From: Acholeplasmatales bacterium Tener_01
GTDB taxonomy: Bacteria > Bacillota_I > Bacilli_A > ML615J-28 > CAG-698
Direction: 5' to 3'
DNA length: 25,709 nt
Assembly: GCA_001604495.1 (NCBI GenBank)
Contig: LVBR01000177.1
Span: 1 to 25,709 of the forward strand
Every line of letters begins with the position of its first letter. The first letter of the stretch is position 1. The position numbers were made by a program, and so were the translations under genes. The notes beneath the pieces are model-generated. The model was given only the letters and a program-made list of their open reading frames with translations, was not told where the DNA came from and made no database searches. Shown here in pieces: positions 18,356 through 25,709 of the stretch.

Positions 18356-21300
18356 TTAACTTAACTTCTTAGCTTTTGTTGCTTGAGCAATCTCTTCAAC
18401 AAGACTCTTGTTAGCAACATCTTCACCAGTTTCTGAGTCAATTAATTTAACGCTTAATCCTAAGCTTTGTAATTCCTTAACTAGTACTCTGAATGATTCA
18501 GGGATTCCAGGAGCAGGAATTCTTTCGCCATCAACGATTGCCTTATAAACTTTATTTCTACCAACGATATCATCTGATTTGATTGTTAACATTTCACGAA
18601 GAGTATAGGCAGCACCATATGCTTCAAGTGCCCAAACTTCCATTTCACCAAATCTTTGACCACCGTTTTGGGCTTTACCACCCATAGGTTGTTGAGTAAC
18701 TAATGTATAAGGTCCTTCACTACGTGCATGTAATTTATCGTCAACCATGTGGGCTAACTTAATCATATACATTACACCGACAGTGATATTATTATCAAAT
18801 GGTTTACCAGTTCTACCATCGATCAAAACTGCTTTTCCTTCATCATTGATTAAATCAGGAATATTAGGGTTTTGTCTCTTTCTTTCAGCCTTAGCTTCTC
18901 TCATAATTTCTTCTAAGTCTTCATTGTGAACACCGTCGAATACTGGAGTTGCAATGTGACATCCTAAAGTCTTAGCAGCCATTCCTAGATGAACTTCTAA
19001 TACTTGTCCGATGTTAAGACGAGAAGGAATACCTTGAGGGTTAAGCATGATATCTACTGGAGTACCATCTAACATATATGGCATATCTTCTTGAGGTAAA
19101 ATACGAGAAATAACACCTTTGTTACCATGACGACCACTCATCTTGTCACCTTCTGTAATCTTTCTCTTTTGAACGATGTAAACTCTAACTACTTCGATTA
19201 CACCAGGAGCAAGTTCACAGTTACCGTCTTTTCTACGGAAGTGTTCAATACGTTGAACAATACCTCCACCACCATGAGGAACACGTAGTGAAGTATTTCT
19301 AACGTCTTTTGAGTTGTCAGCGAAAAGAGCATGAGAAAGACGTTCTTCTGGAGTAGGTTCAGTTTGTCCTTTAGGAGTTACTTTACCAACCAAAATGTCG
19401 TTTTCTTTAACTTCAGCACCTAGGCGAACAATACCATGTTCATCCAAGTTAGCTTTAGCATCTTTTCTGTCTTCAAGTTCACAAGTTATTTCTTCTTTTC
19501 CTAATTTTGTATCACGAACTTCTACTTCATATTTTTCAATATGAATTGAAGTATAAACATCATCTTGAACTAAACGTTCACTCATAACAATGGCATCCTC
19601 GTAGTTATATCCATTCCATGTCATGAATGCGATAACTACGTTTCTACCTAATGCCATTTCTCCTTGGTCCATTGAAGCTCCATCAGCAAGGATATCACCT
19701 TTTTTAACCACTTCACCAGACTTAACGATTGGTTTTTGGTTAACGCATGTAGAGTTATTTGAACGTTCATACTTAACTAATGAATAAGTCTTTAAGCTTC
19801 CAGATGTCTCTTTAACGATAATCTTTAAAGCATCAGCATATTCAACAACACCATCACCTTCACATACAACAGCAACACCACTATCTTTTGCAGCTTTTGC
19901 TTCAATTCCAGTAGCAACAAATGCAGCTTCTGGTCTTAATAGAGGAATTGCTTGACGTTGCATGTTCGCACCCATTAGGGCACGGTTTGCATCATCGTGC
20001 TCTAAGAATGGAATACAAGCAGGTGATACTGCAACAATTTGTTTAGGGCTAACGTCGATTAAGTCAACACGTTTAGCATCGATCTTAATAGTTTCGCCTA
20101 AATGTCTTGTAATTACAGTCTCATCTTCAATTTCTAGATTTTCATTTACTTTAACGTTGGCTTCAGCAATATAGTATTGCTCTTCTTTATCAGCTGTTAA
20201 ATAAACTAATTCATCATTTAGAATACGAGGTTTCTTTCCTTCTTCGTGGATAACCTTTAGATAAGGAGTCTCAATGAAACCATATTTATCAACTCTAGCA
20301 TATGTAGCTAGGGAGTTAATCAAACCGATATTTTGACCTTCAGGTGTCTCAATAGGACAAATTCTTCCGTAATGGCTTACGTGAACGTCACGAACTTCAA
20401 ATCCGGCTCTGTCACGTGTCAAACCACCAGCACCTAAAGCTGAAATACGACGTTTGTGTGTAAGTTCAGATAGTGGGTTGATTTGGTCCATGAATTGAGA
20501 TAATTGGCTACTACCAAAGAATTCACGCATTGTTGAAGTAAGAGTACGGATATTAATTAAGTTTTGAGGAACGATGTTCTTAGTATCGTTAGATGTAGAC
20601 ATACGATCCTTAACACTCTTTTCCATCTTCATCAAACCAACACGGAATTGATTTTGAAGTAGTTCACCAATCAAACGAAGTCTACGGTTACCTAAATGGT
20701 CGATATCATCAGTTCTACCGATGTTATCGTGTAAGTTAATGAAGTAACCAACACTTGCCAAAATATCTGATAAAGTTACTGTGTTCTTTTCTTCGCTTTG
20801 GTCATTACCAACAAGTCTTACAACTTCTTCTTTATGACTCTTAACAAATAATACGTCTAAGATTTCAAGTACAACGCTATTTCCTTCAAGCATTTGTTCG
20901 TATTCTTTAGTTACTCTGAACCATTGACGGTTATTAGCTAAATTATCAACGATTTCTTTAGTGAATTGAGTTCCCTTAGTGTAGATAACTTCACCAGTTT
21001 CATTATCAACGATGTCACTAGCAAATTTGAACTTTTCAACACCAGTTTCCAAAATTCTTTCTAATACGTCAAGTTTTTTATTAACTTTATAACGACCAAC
21101 GCTTGCAAGATCGTATCTACGAGCTTCAAACAAACGGCTTGCCAAGAAGTTTCTTGCACCTTCTGGGTTAGCTTTTTCACCTGGACGTAATTTATCATAT
21201 AATTGTTCTAAGGCGTCATCGCTACCGAAAGCATCATCCTTATCAAATGTATGGTCTAAGAAAGGATTATTACAATCAGGATCATATAAATCACAAATAT

Positions 21301-21919
21301 CTTCATTTGTATTAAGTCCAATTGCTCTTAAGAATGTAGTAAGAGGAATCTTCTTTGAACGGTCAAGTTTAGCATACCAAATGTCTTTGCTTCCCATTTC
21401 ATATTCGATCCACGCACCACGAGTTGGCATTACTAGACCATAGAATCTAACTTGTCCTGTTGCTTTATCTACTTCCTTAGAATAGAAAGCACCTGCAGAA
21501 CGAACAATTTGAGTTACGATTACACGTTCAGCACCATTTATAACAAAAGTACCCCATGGAGTCATCATCGGGAAATCACCTAAGAATATCTTTTGTTCTT
21601 TTATTTCACCAGTTTCTTTTGAAACTAGCTTAACGTCAACTTTTAAAGGACGAGAGTAGCTAGTCACATTTCTCTTGGCTTCAGGAATAGTATATTTGTG
21701 TTCTTCGAATTCGAAGTCGCCAAAATATAATTCCAATTTTTCAGCGTGGTCTTTGATAGGAGATAATTCTTGGAACAATTCCTTTAAGCCTTCTGTTATA
21801 AACCAAGCGAATGACTTAGTTTGCACTTCAATTAAATCAGGAAGTTCAACATTAGTTTGAACTCTTGAATAATTTCTACGTACACGATTTTTACCATAAA
21901 CAACATTTTTGTAGCTCAA
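18356..21919 (-). CDS. rpoB: RNA polymerase beta subunit
   Basis: SQLSQFMDQ, HYGRICPIETPEG, GDKMSGRHGNKG and GGQRFGEME. The start is re-called to TTG at 21919 (GAGGTG RBS). Confidence 0.99.
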   Translation of the reverse strand: MSYKNVVYGKNRVRRNYSRVQTNVELPDLIEVQTKSFAWFITEGLKELFQELSPIKDHAEKLELYFGDFEFEEHKYTIPEAKRNVTSYSRPLKVDVKLVSKETGEIKEQKIFLGDFPMMTPWGTFVINGAERVIVTQIVRSAGAFYSKEVDKATGQVRFYGLVMPTRGAWIEYEMGSKDIWYAKLDRSKKIPLTTFLRAIGLNTNEDICDLYDPDCNNPFLDHTFDKDDAFGSDDALEQLYDKLRPGEKANPEGARNFLASRLFEARRYDLASVGRYKVNKKLDVLERILETGVEKFKFASDIVDNETGEVIYTKGTQFTKEIVDNLANNRQWFRVTKEYEQMLEGNSVVLEILDVLFVKSHKEEVVRLVGNDQSEEKNTVTLSDILASVGYFINLHDNIGRTDDIDHLGNRRLRLIGELLQNQFRVGLMKMEKSVKDRMSTSNDTKNIVPQNLINIRTLTSTMREFFGSSQLSQFMDQINPLSELTHKRRISALGAGGLTRDRAGFEVRDVHVSHYGRICPIETPEGQNIGLINSLATYARVDKYGFIETPYLKVIHEEGKKPRILNDELVYLTADKEEQYYIAEANVKVNENLEIEDETVITRHLGETIKIDAKRVDLIDVSPKQIVAVSPACIPFLEHDDANRALMGANMQRQAIPLLRPEAAFVATGIEAKAAKDSGVAVVCEGDGVVEYADALKIIVKETSGSLKTYSLVKYERSNNSTCVNQKPIVKSGEVVKKGDILADGASMDQGEMALGRNVVIAFMTWNGYNYEDAIVMSERLVQDDVYTSIHIEKYEVEVRDTKLGKEEITCELEDRKDAKANLDEHGIVRLGAEVKENDILVGKVTPKGQTEPTPEERLSHALFADNSKDVRNTSLRVPHGGGGIVQRIEHFRRKDGNCELAPGVIEVVRVYIVQKRKITEGDKMSGRHGNKGVISRILPQEDMPYMLDGTPVDIMLNPQGIPSRLNIGQVLEVHLGMAAKTLGCHIATPVFDGVHNEDLEEIMREAKAERKRQNPNIPDLINDEGKAVLIDGRTGKPFDNNITVGVMYMIKLAHMVDDKLHARSEGPYTLVTQQPMGGKAQNGGQRFGEMEVWALEAYGAAYTLREMLTIKSDDIVGRNKVYKAIVDGERIPAPGIPESFRVLVKELQSLGLSVKLIDSETGEDVANKSLVEEIAQATKAKKLS

Positions 21920-21987
21920 AACTTCCACCTCACAGTAATTTTTTCGACAAAAAAGCCACTATTCGTGCAAAAAGCACGATATAATGC

Positions 21988-22024
21988 ATTATGTTATTAT
22001 ACATTTATTTTGTCAATATGTCAA
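21988..22024 (-). promoter_or_regulatory. rpoBC promoter(s)
   Basis: TTGACA (22019-22024)-17-TATAAT (21996-22001), plus a second TTGACA (22011-22016)-17-CATAAT (21988-21993). Confidence 0.85.
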
Positions 22025-22059
22025 TGATTATTTTTTTTATTTTTTTACCCTATTTTTAC

Positions 22060-22120
22060 AAAAAAATGAGAGTAACTGAAACTGGTAGGGGTTTCCTATC
22101 ACCTTCATGAATTACTCTCA
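22060..22120 (-). terminator. Long-stem terminator after rsmC
   Basis: TGAGAGTAA/TTACTCTCA outer stem with further inner pairing, followed by a 7-T run on the minus strand. Confidence 0.65.
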
Positions 22121-22136
22121 ATTGAATTCATATTAT

Positions 22137-22742
22137 TTAATTATTTCTTTCGCTTTTCAAAATGAAGTAGCCTTTATCTTTAGCGATTACATCACAATTA
22201 CCAAACACTTCTTGCATCTTCTCTTTTAAAGAAGGCGCTCCTTGTTTTTTCTGAATAACTAAAACAATTATTCCACCTTTATTTAGATGATTATATCCAT
22301 CTACTACAACACCAAATACAACTTCTTTTCCAGCTCTAATTGGCGGATTGGAAATAATCATGTCAAACTTATCACTTACTTCACTATATAAATCACTTAA
22401 AAAACAATCAGCATTTTTAAGATCATTTAATTTAATGTTTTCTTTAACAAGTTCGATACATTTAGGATTGACATCAATCATTGTCACTTTCTTATCATTA
22501 TATTTCTTAGAAAGTGAAACACCAATTATTCCATATCCACAGCCGACATCTAAAATTGTTTTAACATCAGTTAGATACTTATCATCTAAAGAACTTAATA
22601 AGACATTAGTTCCAAAGTCCACGCGCTCTTTACTAAAAACGCCATTATCAGAGTTTAGTTTAACTAATTCTTCCTTAAAAGTGTAAGTAACTAATTTCTT
22701 ATTTGATTTTAATTTTGGATCATATTGATAATAATGACTCAT
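22137..22742 (-). CDS. rsmC: Class I SAM-dependent methyltransferase, RsmC/YbxB-like (16S rRNA m2G1207 type)
   Basis: GVFSKERVDFGT, LDVGCGYG and SNPPIRAGK; conserved position between rplL and rpoB in Bacilli. Confidence 0.85.
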   Translation of the reverse strand: MSHYYQYDPKLKSNKKLVTYTFKEELVKLNSDNGVFSKERVDFGTNVLLSSLDDKYLTDVKTILDVGCGYGIIGVSLSKKYNDKKVTMIDVNPKCIELVKENIKLNDLKNADCFLSDLYSEVSDKFDMIISNPPIRAGKEVVFGVVVDGYNHLNKGGIIVLVIQKKQGAPSLKEKMQEVFGNCDVIAKDKGYFILKSERNN

Positions 22743-22787
22743 AATCCACCTTTTTTCATATTCCGCTTCATTTTAAAAAGCGAAAGA

Positions 22788-22809
22788 AAGTCCTGATTTA
22801 ACAGGACTT
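22788..22809 (-). terminator. Terminator after rplL
   Basis: AAGTCCTG-6nt-CAGGACTT stem followed by TCTTTCGCTTTTT on the minus strand. Confidence 0.7.
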
Positions 22810-22822
22810 AATTAATTAGCAA

Positions 22823-23194
22823 CTATTTTAATTCTACAGTTGCGCCAGCTTCTTCTAACTTAGCCTTAATTGCGTTAGCTTCGTCAACAGCGATACCTTC
22901 TTTAACAGCCTTAGGTGCACCATCAACTAATGCCTTAGCTTCAACTAATGATAAACCAGTTAATTCCTTAACAACTTTGATAACAGCAACTTTGTTTGCG
23001 CCGAAAGATGCTAAGATAACATTAACAGTGCTTGGTCCTTCGTCAGCAGCTTCTGCTTGAGCAGGTCCAGCAGCAACCATAGCGGCTGCAGTAACACCAA
23101 ATTCTTCTTCTATTGCCTTAACTAATTCATTTAATTCTAATACAGACATTTCTTTTAAATCACTAATAAATTGTTGAACATCAATTTTAGCCAT
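22823..23194 (-). CDS. rplL: 50S ribosomal protein L7/L12
   Basis: [34 protein letters not shown] and [11 protein letters not shown]. Confidence 0.99.
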   Translation of the reverse strand: MAKIDVQQFISDLKEMSVLELNELVKAIEEEFGVTAAAMVAAGPAQAEAADEGPSTVNVILASFGANKVAVIKVVKELTGLSLVEAKALVDGAPKAVKEGIAVDEANAIKAKLEEAGATVELK

Positions 23195-23218
23195 AATAAT
23201 TCTTTTTCCTCCTAAAAA

Positions 23219-23710
23219 TTAATTTTCTTGTTTTTCACCTACAGCTTTAATAGCGCAAGCAAAGTTGCGGATTGGAGCTTGTAGAACACTTAGTAACATA
23301 GCAATCATACCATTCTTGTCTGGTAGTGAAGCCAAAACTTTCAAATCTTTCGCATTAACATATTTGCCTTCAACAACACCTGCTTTAATTTTTAAAACAT
23401 CGTTTTCTTTGGCAAAATTAAACATAATCTTAGATGCATTTGTAGCATCCTTTGAGAAAGCAACAGCACTAGGTCCAACTAGGAATTCATCTAGTCCCTC
23501 GTAACCAGCTTCTTTAGCAGCACGGCGAAGAATATTGTTCTTAACAACTTTCATTTCGCAACCTTCGTTGTGAAGGCGAGTTCTTAAGTCACTTACTTCA
23601 GCTACTGTTAAGCCTAGGTAATCAACAAAAACGATTGATTTAGATTCTTGGAACTTATTTAAAATTTCTTGAGTCTTCTCAACTTTTGCATTAATTGTTG
23701 CTTCTTTCAT
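23219..23710 (-). CDS. rplJ: 50S ribosomal protein L10
   Basis: DYLGLTVAE, VVKNNIL, GPSAVAF and LASLP. The start is re-called to ATG at 23710 after GGAGGTG; the track's longer ORF runs into the L10 leader. Confidence 0.97.
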   Translation of the reverse strand: MKEATINAKVEKTQEILNKFQESKSIVFVDYLGLTVAEVSDLRTRLHNEGCEMKVVKNNILRRAAKEAGYEGLDEFLVGPSAVAFSKDATNASKIMFNFAKENDVLKIKAGVVEGKYVNAKDLKVLASLPDKNGMIAMLLSVLQAPIRNFACAIKAVGEKQEN

Positions 23711-23729
23711 TTTTTCACCTCCTAGAAAA

Positions 23730-23830
23730 AATAAACAAACCTCTTTAGGTCGAAGACGAAAAGAGGCTAATCTTTTGGTTAAAACCCTCGGTAGGAAATT
23801 AAGCACTAGGCACCTACTGTCTTCGGCGAT
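23730..23830 (-). promoter_or_regulatory. L10 leader (L10(L12)4-binding attenuator)
   Basis: CCGAAGACAGTAGGTGC...GCTTAA..CCTACCGAGG core. Terminator CCTCTTT...AAAGAGG plus T-tract (23740-23766). Its loop contains GTCTTCG, complementary to the 5' CGAAGAC (23819-23825), as expected for a conformational switch. Confidence 0.92.
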
Positions 23831-23906
23831 TAATCATATATACTATTTTATTGAATTGATTTTTATTTTACTTTTATTTCTTTACTTATAAGATCTTTTT
23901 AATTAA

Positions 23907-24602
23907 TTAAGCAATAGTCTCTGGAGCGATCTTGATACCAGGGCCCATTGTAGTAGTAATAGCTATATTCTTAACATAGACACCTTTTACAGTTGCAGGT
24001 TTAAGCTTTAATAATAGGCTGTAAACAGTCTTAACGTTTTCGATAAGCTTTTCATTTTCAAAGCTTACTTTACCAACGATAACTTGAATATTACCAGTCT
24101 TGTCAACACGGTATTCAACCTTACCAGCTTTAATTTCTTTAACTGCTTTTTCAATGTCAGTTGTTACAGTACCAGTCTTAGCATTTGGCATTAAACCTTT
24201 AGGTCCTAAAATCTTACCTAATTTACCTAATTCACCCATCATATCAGGTGTAGCAACGATAACTTCAAATTCAAACCATCCGCCTTTAATCTTTTCGATG
24301 TAATCAACATCTCCAACATAGTCAGCGCCAGCTGCTGTAGCTTCCTTTTGCTTATCAGGAATCTTAGATAATACTAATACAGAACGAGATTTACCAGATC
24401 CATAAGGTAGTACGATTGCTCCACGTAGATTTTGTTCAGCTTTACGTGAATCTAGATTCATTCTGAAACTAACTTCTACTGTAGCATCAAATTTAGTAAT
24501 ACTAGTTTTTTTAGCTAATTCTACTGCTTCTTCAAGACTGTAACGGTTTGCTCTTTCAACAAGCTTTGCAGCCTCTGAATATTTGCGACTTCTTTTAGCC
24601 AT
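23907..24602 (-). CDS. rplA: 50S ribosomal protein L1
   Basis: [39 protein letters not shown] and TTTMGPG. Confidence 0.99.
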   Translation of the reverse strand: MAKRSRKYSEAAKLVERANRYSLEEAVELAKKTSITKFDATVEVSFRMNLDSRKAEQNLRGAIVLPYGSGKSRSVLVLSKIPDKQKEATAAGADYVGDVDYIEKIKGGWFEFEVIVATPDMMGELGKLGKILGPKGLMPNAKTGTVTTDIEKAVKEIKAGKVEYRVDKTGNIQVIVGKVSFENEKLIENVKTVYSLLLKLKPATVKGVYVKNIAITTTMGPGIKIAPETIA

Positions 24603-24619
24603 TTTTTACCTCCTTAAAT

Positions 24620-24644
24620 GTGGTCAAACGGAAATTCCTCCCAC
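24620..24644 (-). promoter_or_regulatory. Candidate L1-binding site upstream of rplA
   Basis: GTGG-GA-GGAA..TCC-GTTTGA-CCAC asymmetric internal-loop motif just before the AAGGAGG RBS. Confidence 0.7.
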
Positions 24645-24695
24645 AAGTTTAAGTTGTTATTTACAACTTCTTGGGATAAATCTTCGTTGTTAGAT

Positions 24696-25124
24696 TTACT
24701 TTTCAACAACAATTCCCATATTTCTTGCAGTTCCTTCAATAATCTTCATACCTGCTTCAACATCGTAAGCAGTAAGGTCAGCTAACTTAGTTTGAGCGAT
24801 TTCTCTAACTTTTTCTTTAGAGATTGTAGCTACTTTAACTTTGTTAGGAGTTGAAGAACCACTTTCAATTCCAGCTGCTTTCTTTAATAAATCAGAAGCT
24901 GGTGGAGTCTTTGTTATGAAAGAAAATGAACGATCTTCATAAACTGTAACGATTACAGGGATTTTGTAACCAACCATGTCCTTTGTCTTTTCATTGAATT
25001 GTAGACAAAATTGTTGAGTGTTAATACCAGTTGGAGAAAGTACAGGTCCTACTGGTGGAGCTGGTGTAGCTTTTCCTGCATTAAGTTGCAATTTAATGAC
25101 TTTCGAAACTTTTTTCTGTGCCAC
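24696..25124 (-). CDS. rplK: 50S ribosomal protein L11
   Basis: [21 protein letters not shown] and GTARNMGI. The start is re-called to GTG at 25124 after AAGGAGGTG. Confidence 0.98.
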   Translation of the reverse strand: MAQKKVSKVIKLQLNAGKATPAPPVGPVLSPTGINTQQFCLQFNEKTKDMVGYKIPVIVTVYEDRSFSFITKTPPASDLLKKAAGIESGSSTPNKVKVATISKEKVREIAQTKLADLTAYDVEAGMKIIEGTARNMGIVVEK

Positions 25125-25151
25125 GAGACACACCTCCTTTTTGTCCGTAGT

Positions 25152-25193
25152 GTGGTCAACGAGTTAGTAACTTTATGCTTCTAACTCTTCCAC
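25152..25193 (-). promoter_or_regulatory. Candidate L1-binding site upstream of rplK
   Basis: GTGG-AA-GAGTTAG...CTAACTC-GTTGA-CCAC, the same geometry as the rplA site. Confidence 0.65.
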
Positions 25194-25240
25194 TTTTTTA
25201 AAAGAAATAAAATAGTAATGCGATTAACACGCACCTCGTT

Positions 25241-25269
25241 ATTATACAACATTTCTTACTTAAAGTCAA
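25241..25269 (-). promoter_or_regulatory. Sigma-A promoter of rplK-rplA
   Basis: TTGACT (25264-25269), 17-bp spacer, TATAAT (25241-25246); overlaps the end of the upstream CDS. Confidence 0.85.
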
Positions 25270-25708
25270 ACATTTTATTAATCTTTTTCTTGTGCTCTCT
25301 TCTTCTGATTTTTTCTTCGTCAACCTTCTTCACTTTTACCTTATTTAATGAAGATTCTTTGACTTTCATGAAGCTTAAACCACAGTATCTAATGTTTGAT
25401 AAGTTTAAAATGACAGTATCATTACTTTGCGCACCATAACCTAAGGCAATCGCTTCTTTAGAGTTTACGATACCTAAAGTCACCATACGTTTTTTAAAGT
25501 TTCTGGTAAGAATCATAACTAAACGATTATTTTCAATAGTTAACTTCATCTTATCAAAAATATAAGGATTATCATAATTAGGATTACTTAATTTATAAGT
25601 TCCTAATGCCTTCTTCCAGTTTGATGATATCTCGGCACTTCTTGTTGGGTAACCAATTACCTCAACTTCAAATCTACCATCACTTCGATTTGTGATAATT
25701 GATAGAAG
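25256..25708 (-). CDS. Hypothetical protein, C-terminal part (frame open to the window edge), with a Lys/Arg-rich tail
   Basis: The frame of the 97-aa track ORF has no stop upstream to position 25708 (...IITNRSDGRFEVEVIGYPTRSAEISSNWKKALG...). No family recognised. Confidence 0.65.
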   Translation of the reverse strand, partial: LLSIITNRSDGRFEVEVIGYPTRSAEISSNWKKALGTYKLSNPNYDNPYIFDKMKLTIENNRLVMILTRNFKKRMVTLGIVNSKEAIALGYGAQSNDTVILNLSNIRYCGLSFMKVKESSLNKVKVKKVDEEKIRRREHKKKINKMFDFK

Positions 25709-25709
25709 T

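Noticed and set aside
23711-23806. 32-aa N-terminal extension of L10 in the ORF track (possible leader peptide)
   Set aside because: The region is the L10 leader RNA, and a strong RBS precedes the ATG at 23710.
4730-25439. Numerous 60-120 aa ORFs overlapping htrA, tuf, fusA, rpsL, rpoB, rpoC, rsmC, rplJ, rplA and the edge gene
   Set aside because: Shadow or alternate frames of conserved genes, with no recognisable protein features.
25650-25700. NRSDGRFEVEVIG resembles the acylphosphatase motif N..DG.VE...G
   Set aside because: Only a short match; the downstream sequence is too long and dissimilar, and the N-terminus is outside the window.
1-25709. CRISPR arrays, tRNA/rRNA genes, IS or prophage elements
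   Set aside because: No spaced direct repeats, cloverleaf motifs, transposase, integrase or phage genes were seen.

Overview
AT-rich bacterial chromosomal window. Every gene but one lies on the minus strand, and genetic code 11 applies (the Trp codons checked are TGG; tatD ends in TGA). The core is the Bacilli-type cluster rplK-rplA-[L10 leader]-rplJ-rplL-rsmC(ybxB-like)-rpoB-rpoC and rpsL-rpsG-fusA-tuf. It is followed by degV, tatD, two tandem HtrA lipoproteins, a small divergent ORF, ychF, cinA and the start of a lipoprotein gene. The S12 insertion, the RpoC motif variants, the code and the abundant Pro-linker/Ig-like lipoproteins suggest an Acholeplasmatales/Anaeroplasma-like Bacilli lineage; this is inferred from recalled sequences and was not computed. 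Two non-standard genes sit between rpoC and rpsL: a lipoprotein with Ig-like repeats and a Zn peptidoglycan amidase domain, and a stand-alone E2-acyltransferase-like protein whose catalytic His is replaced. No mobile element, CRISPR array, tRNA or rRNA was seen. Several start codons were re-called from RBS position and differ from the ORF track.
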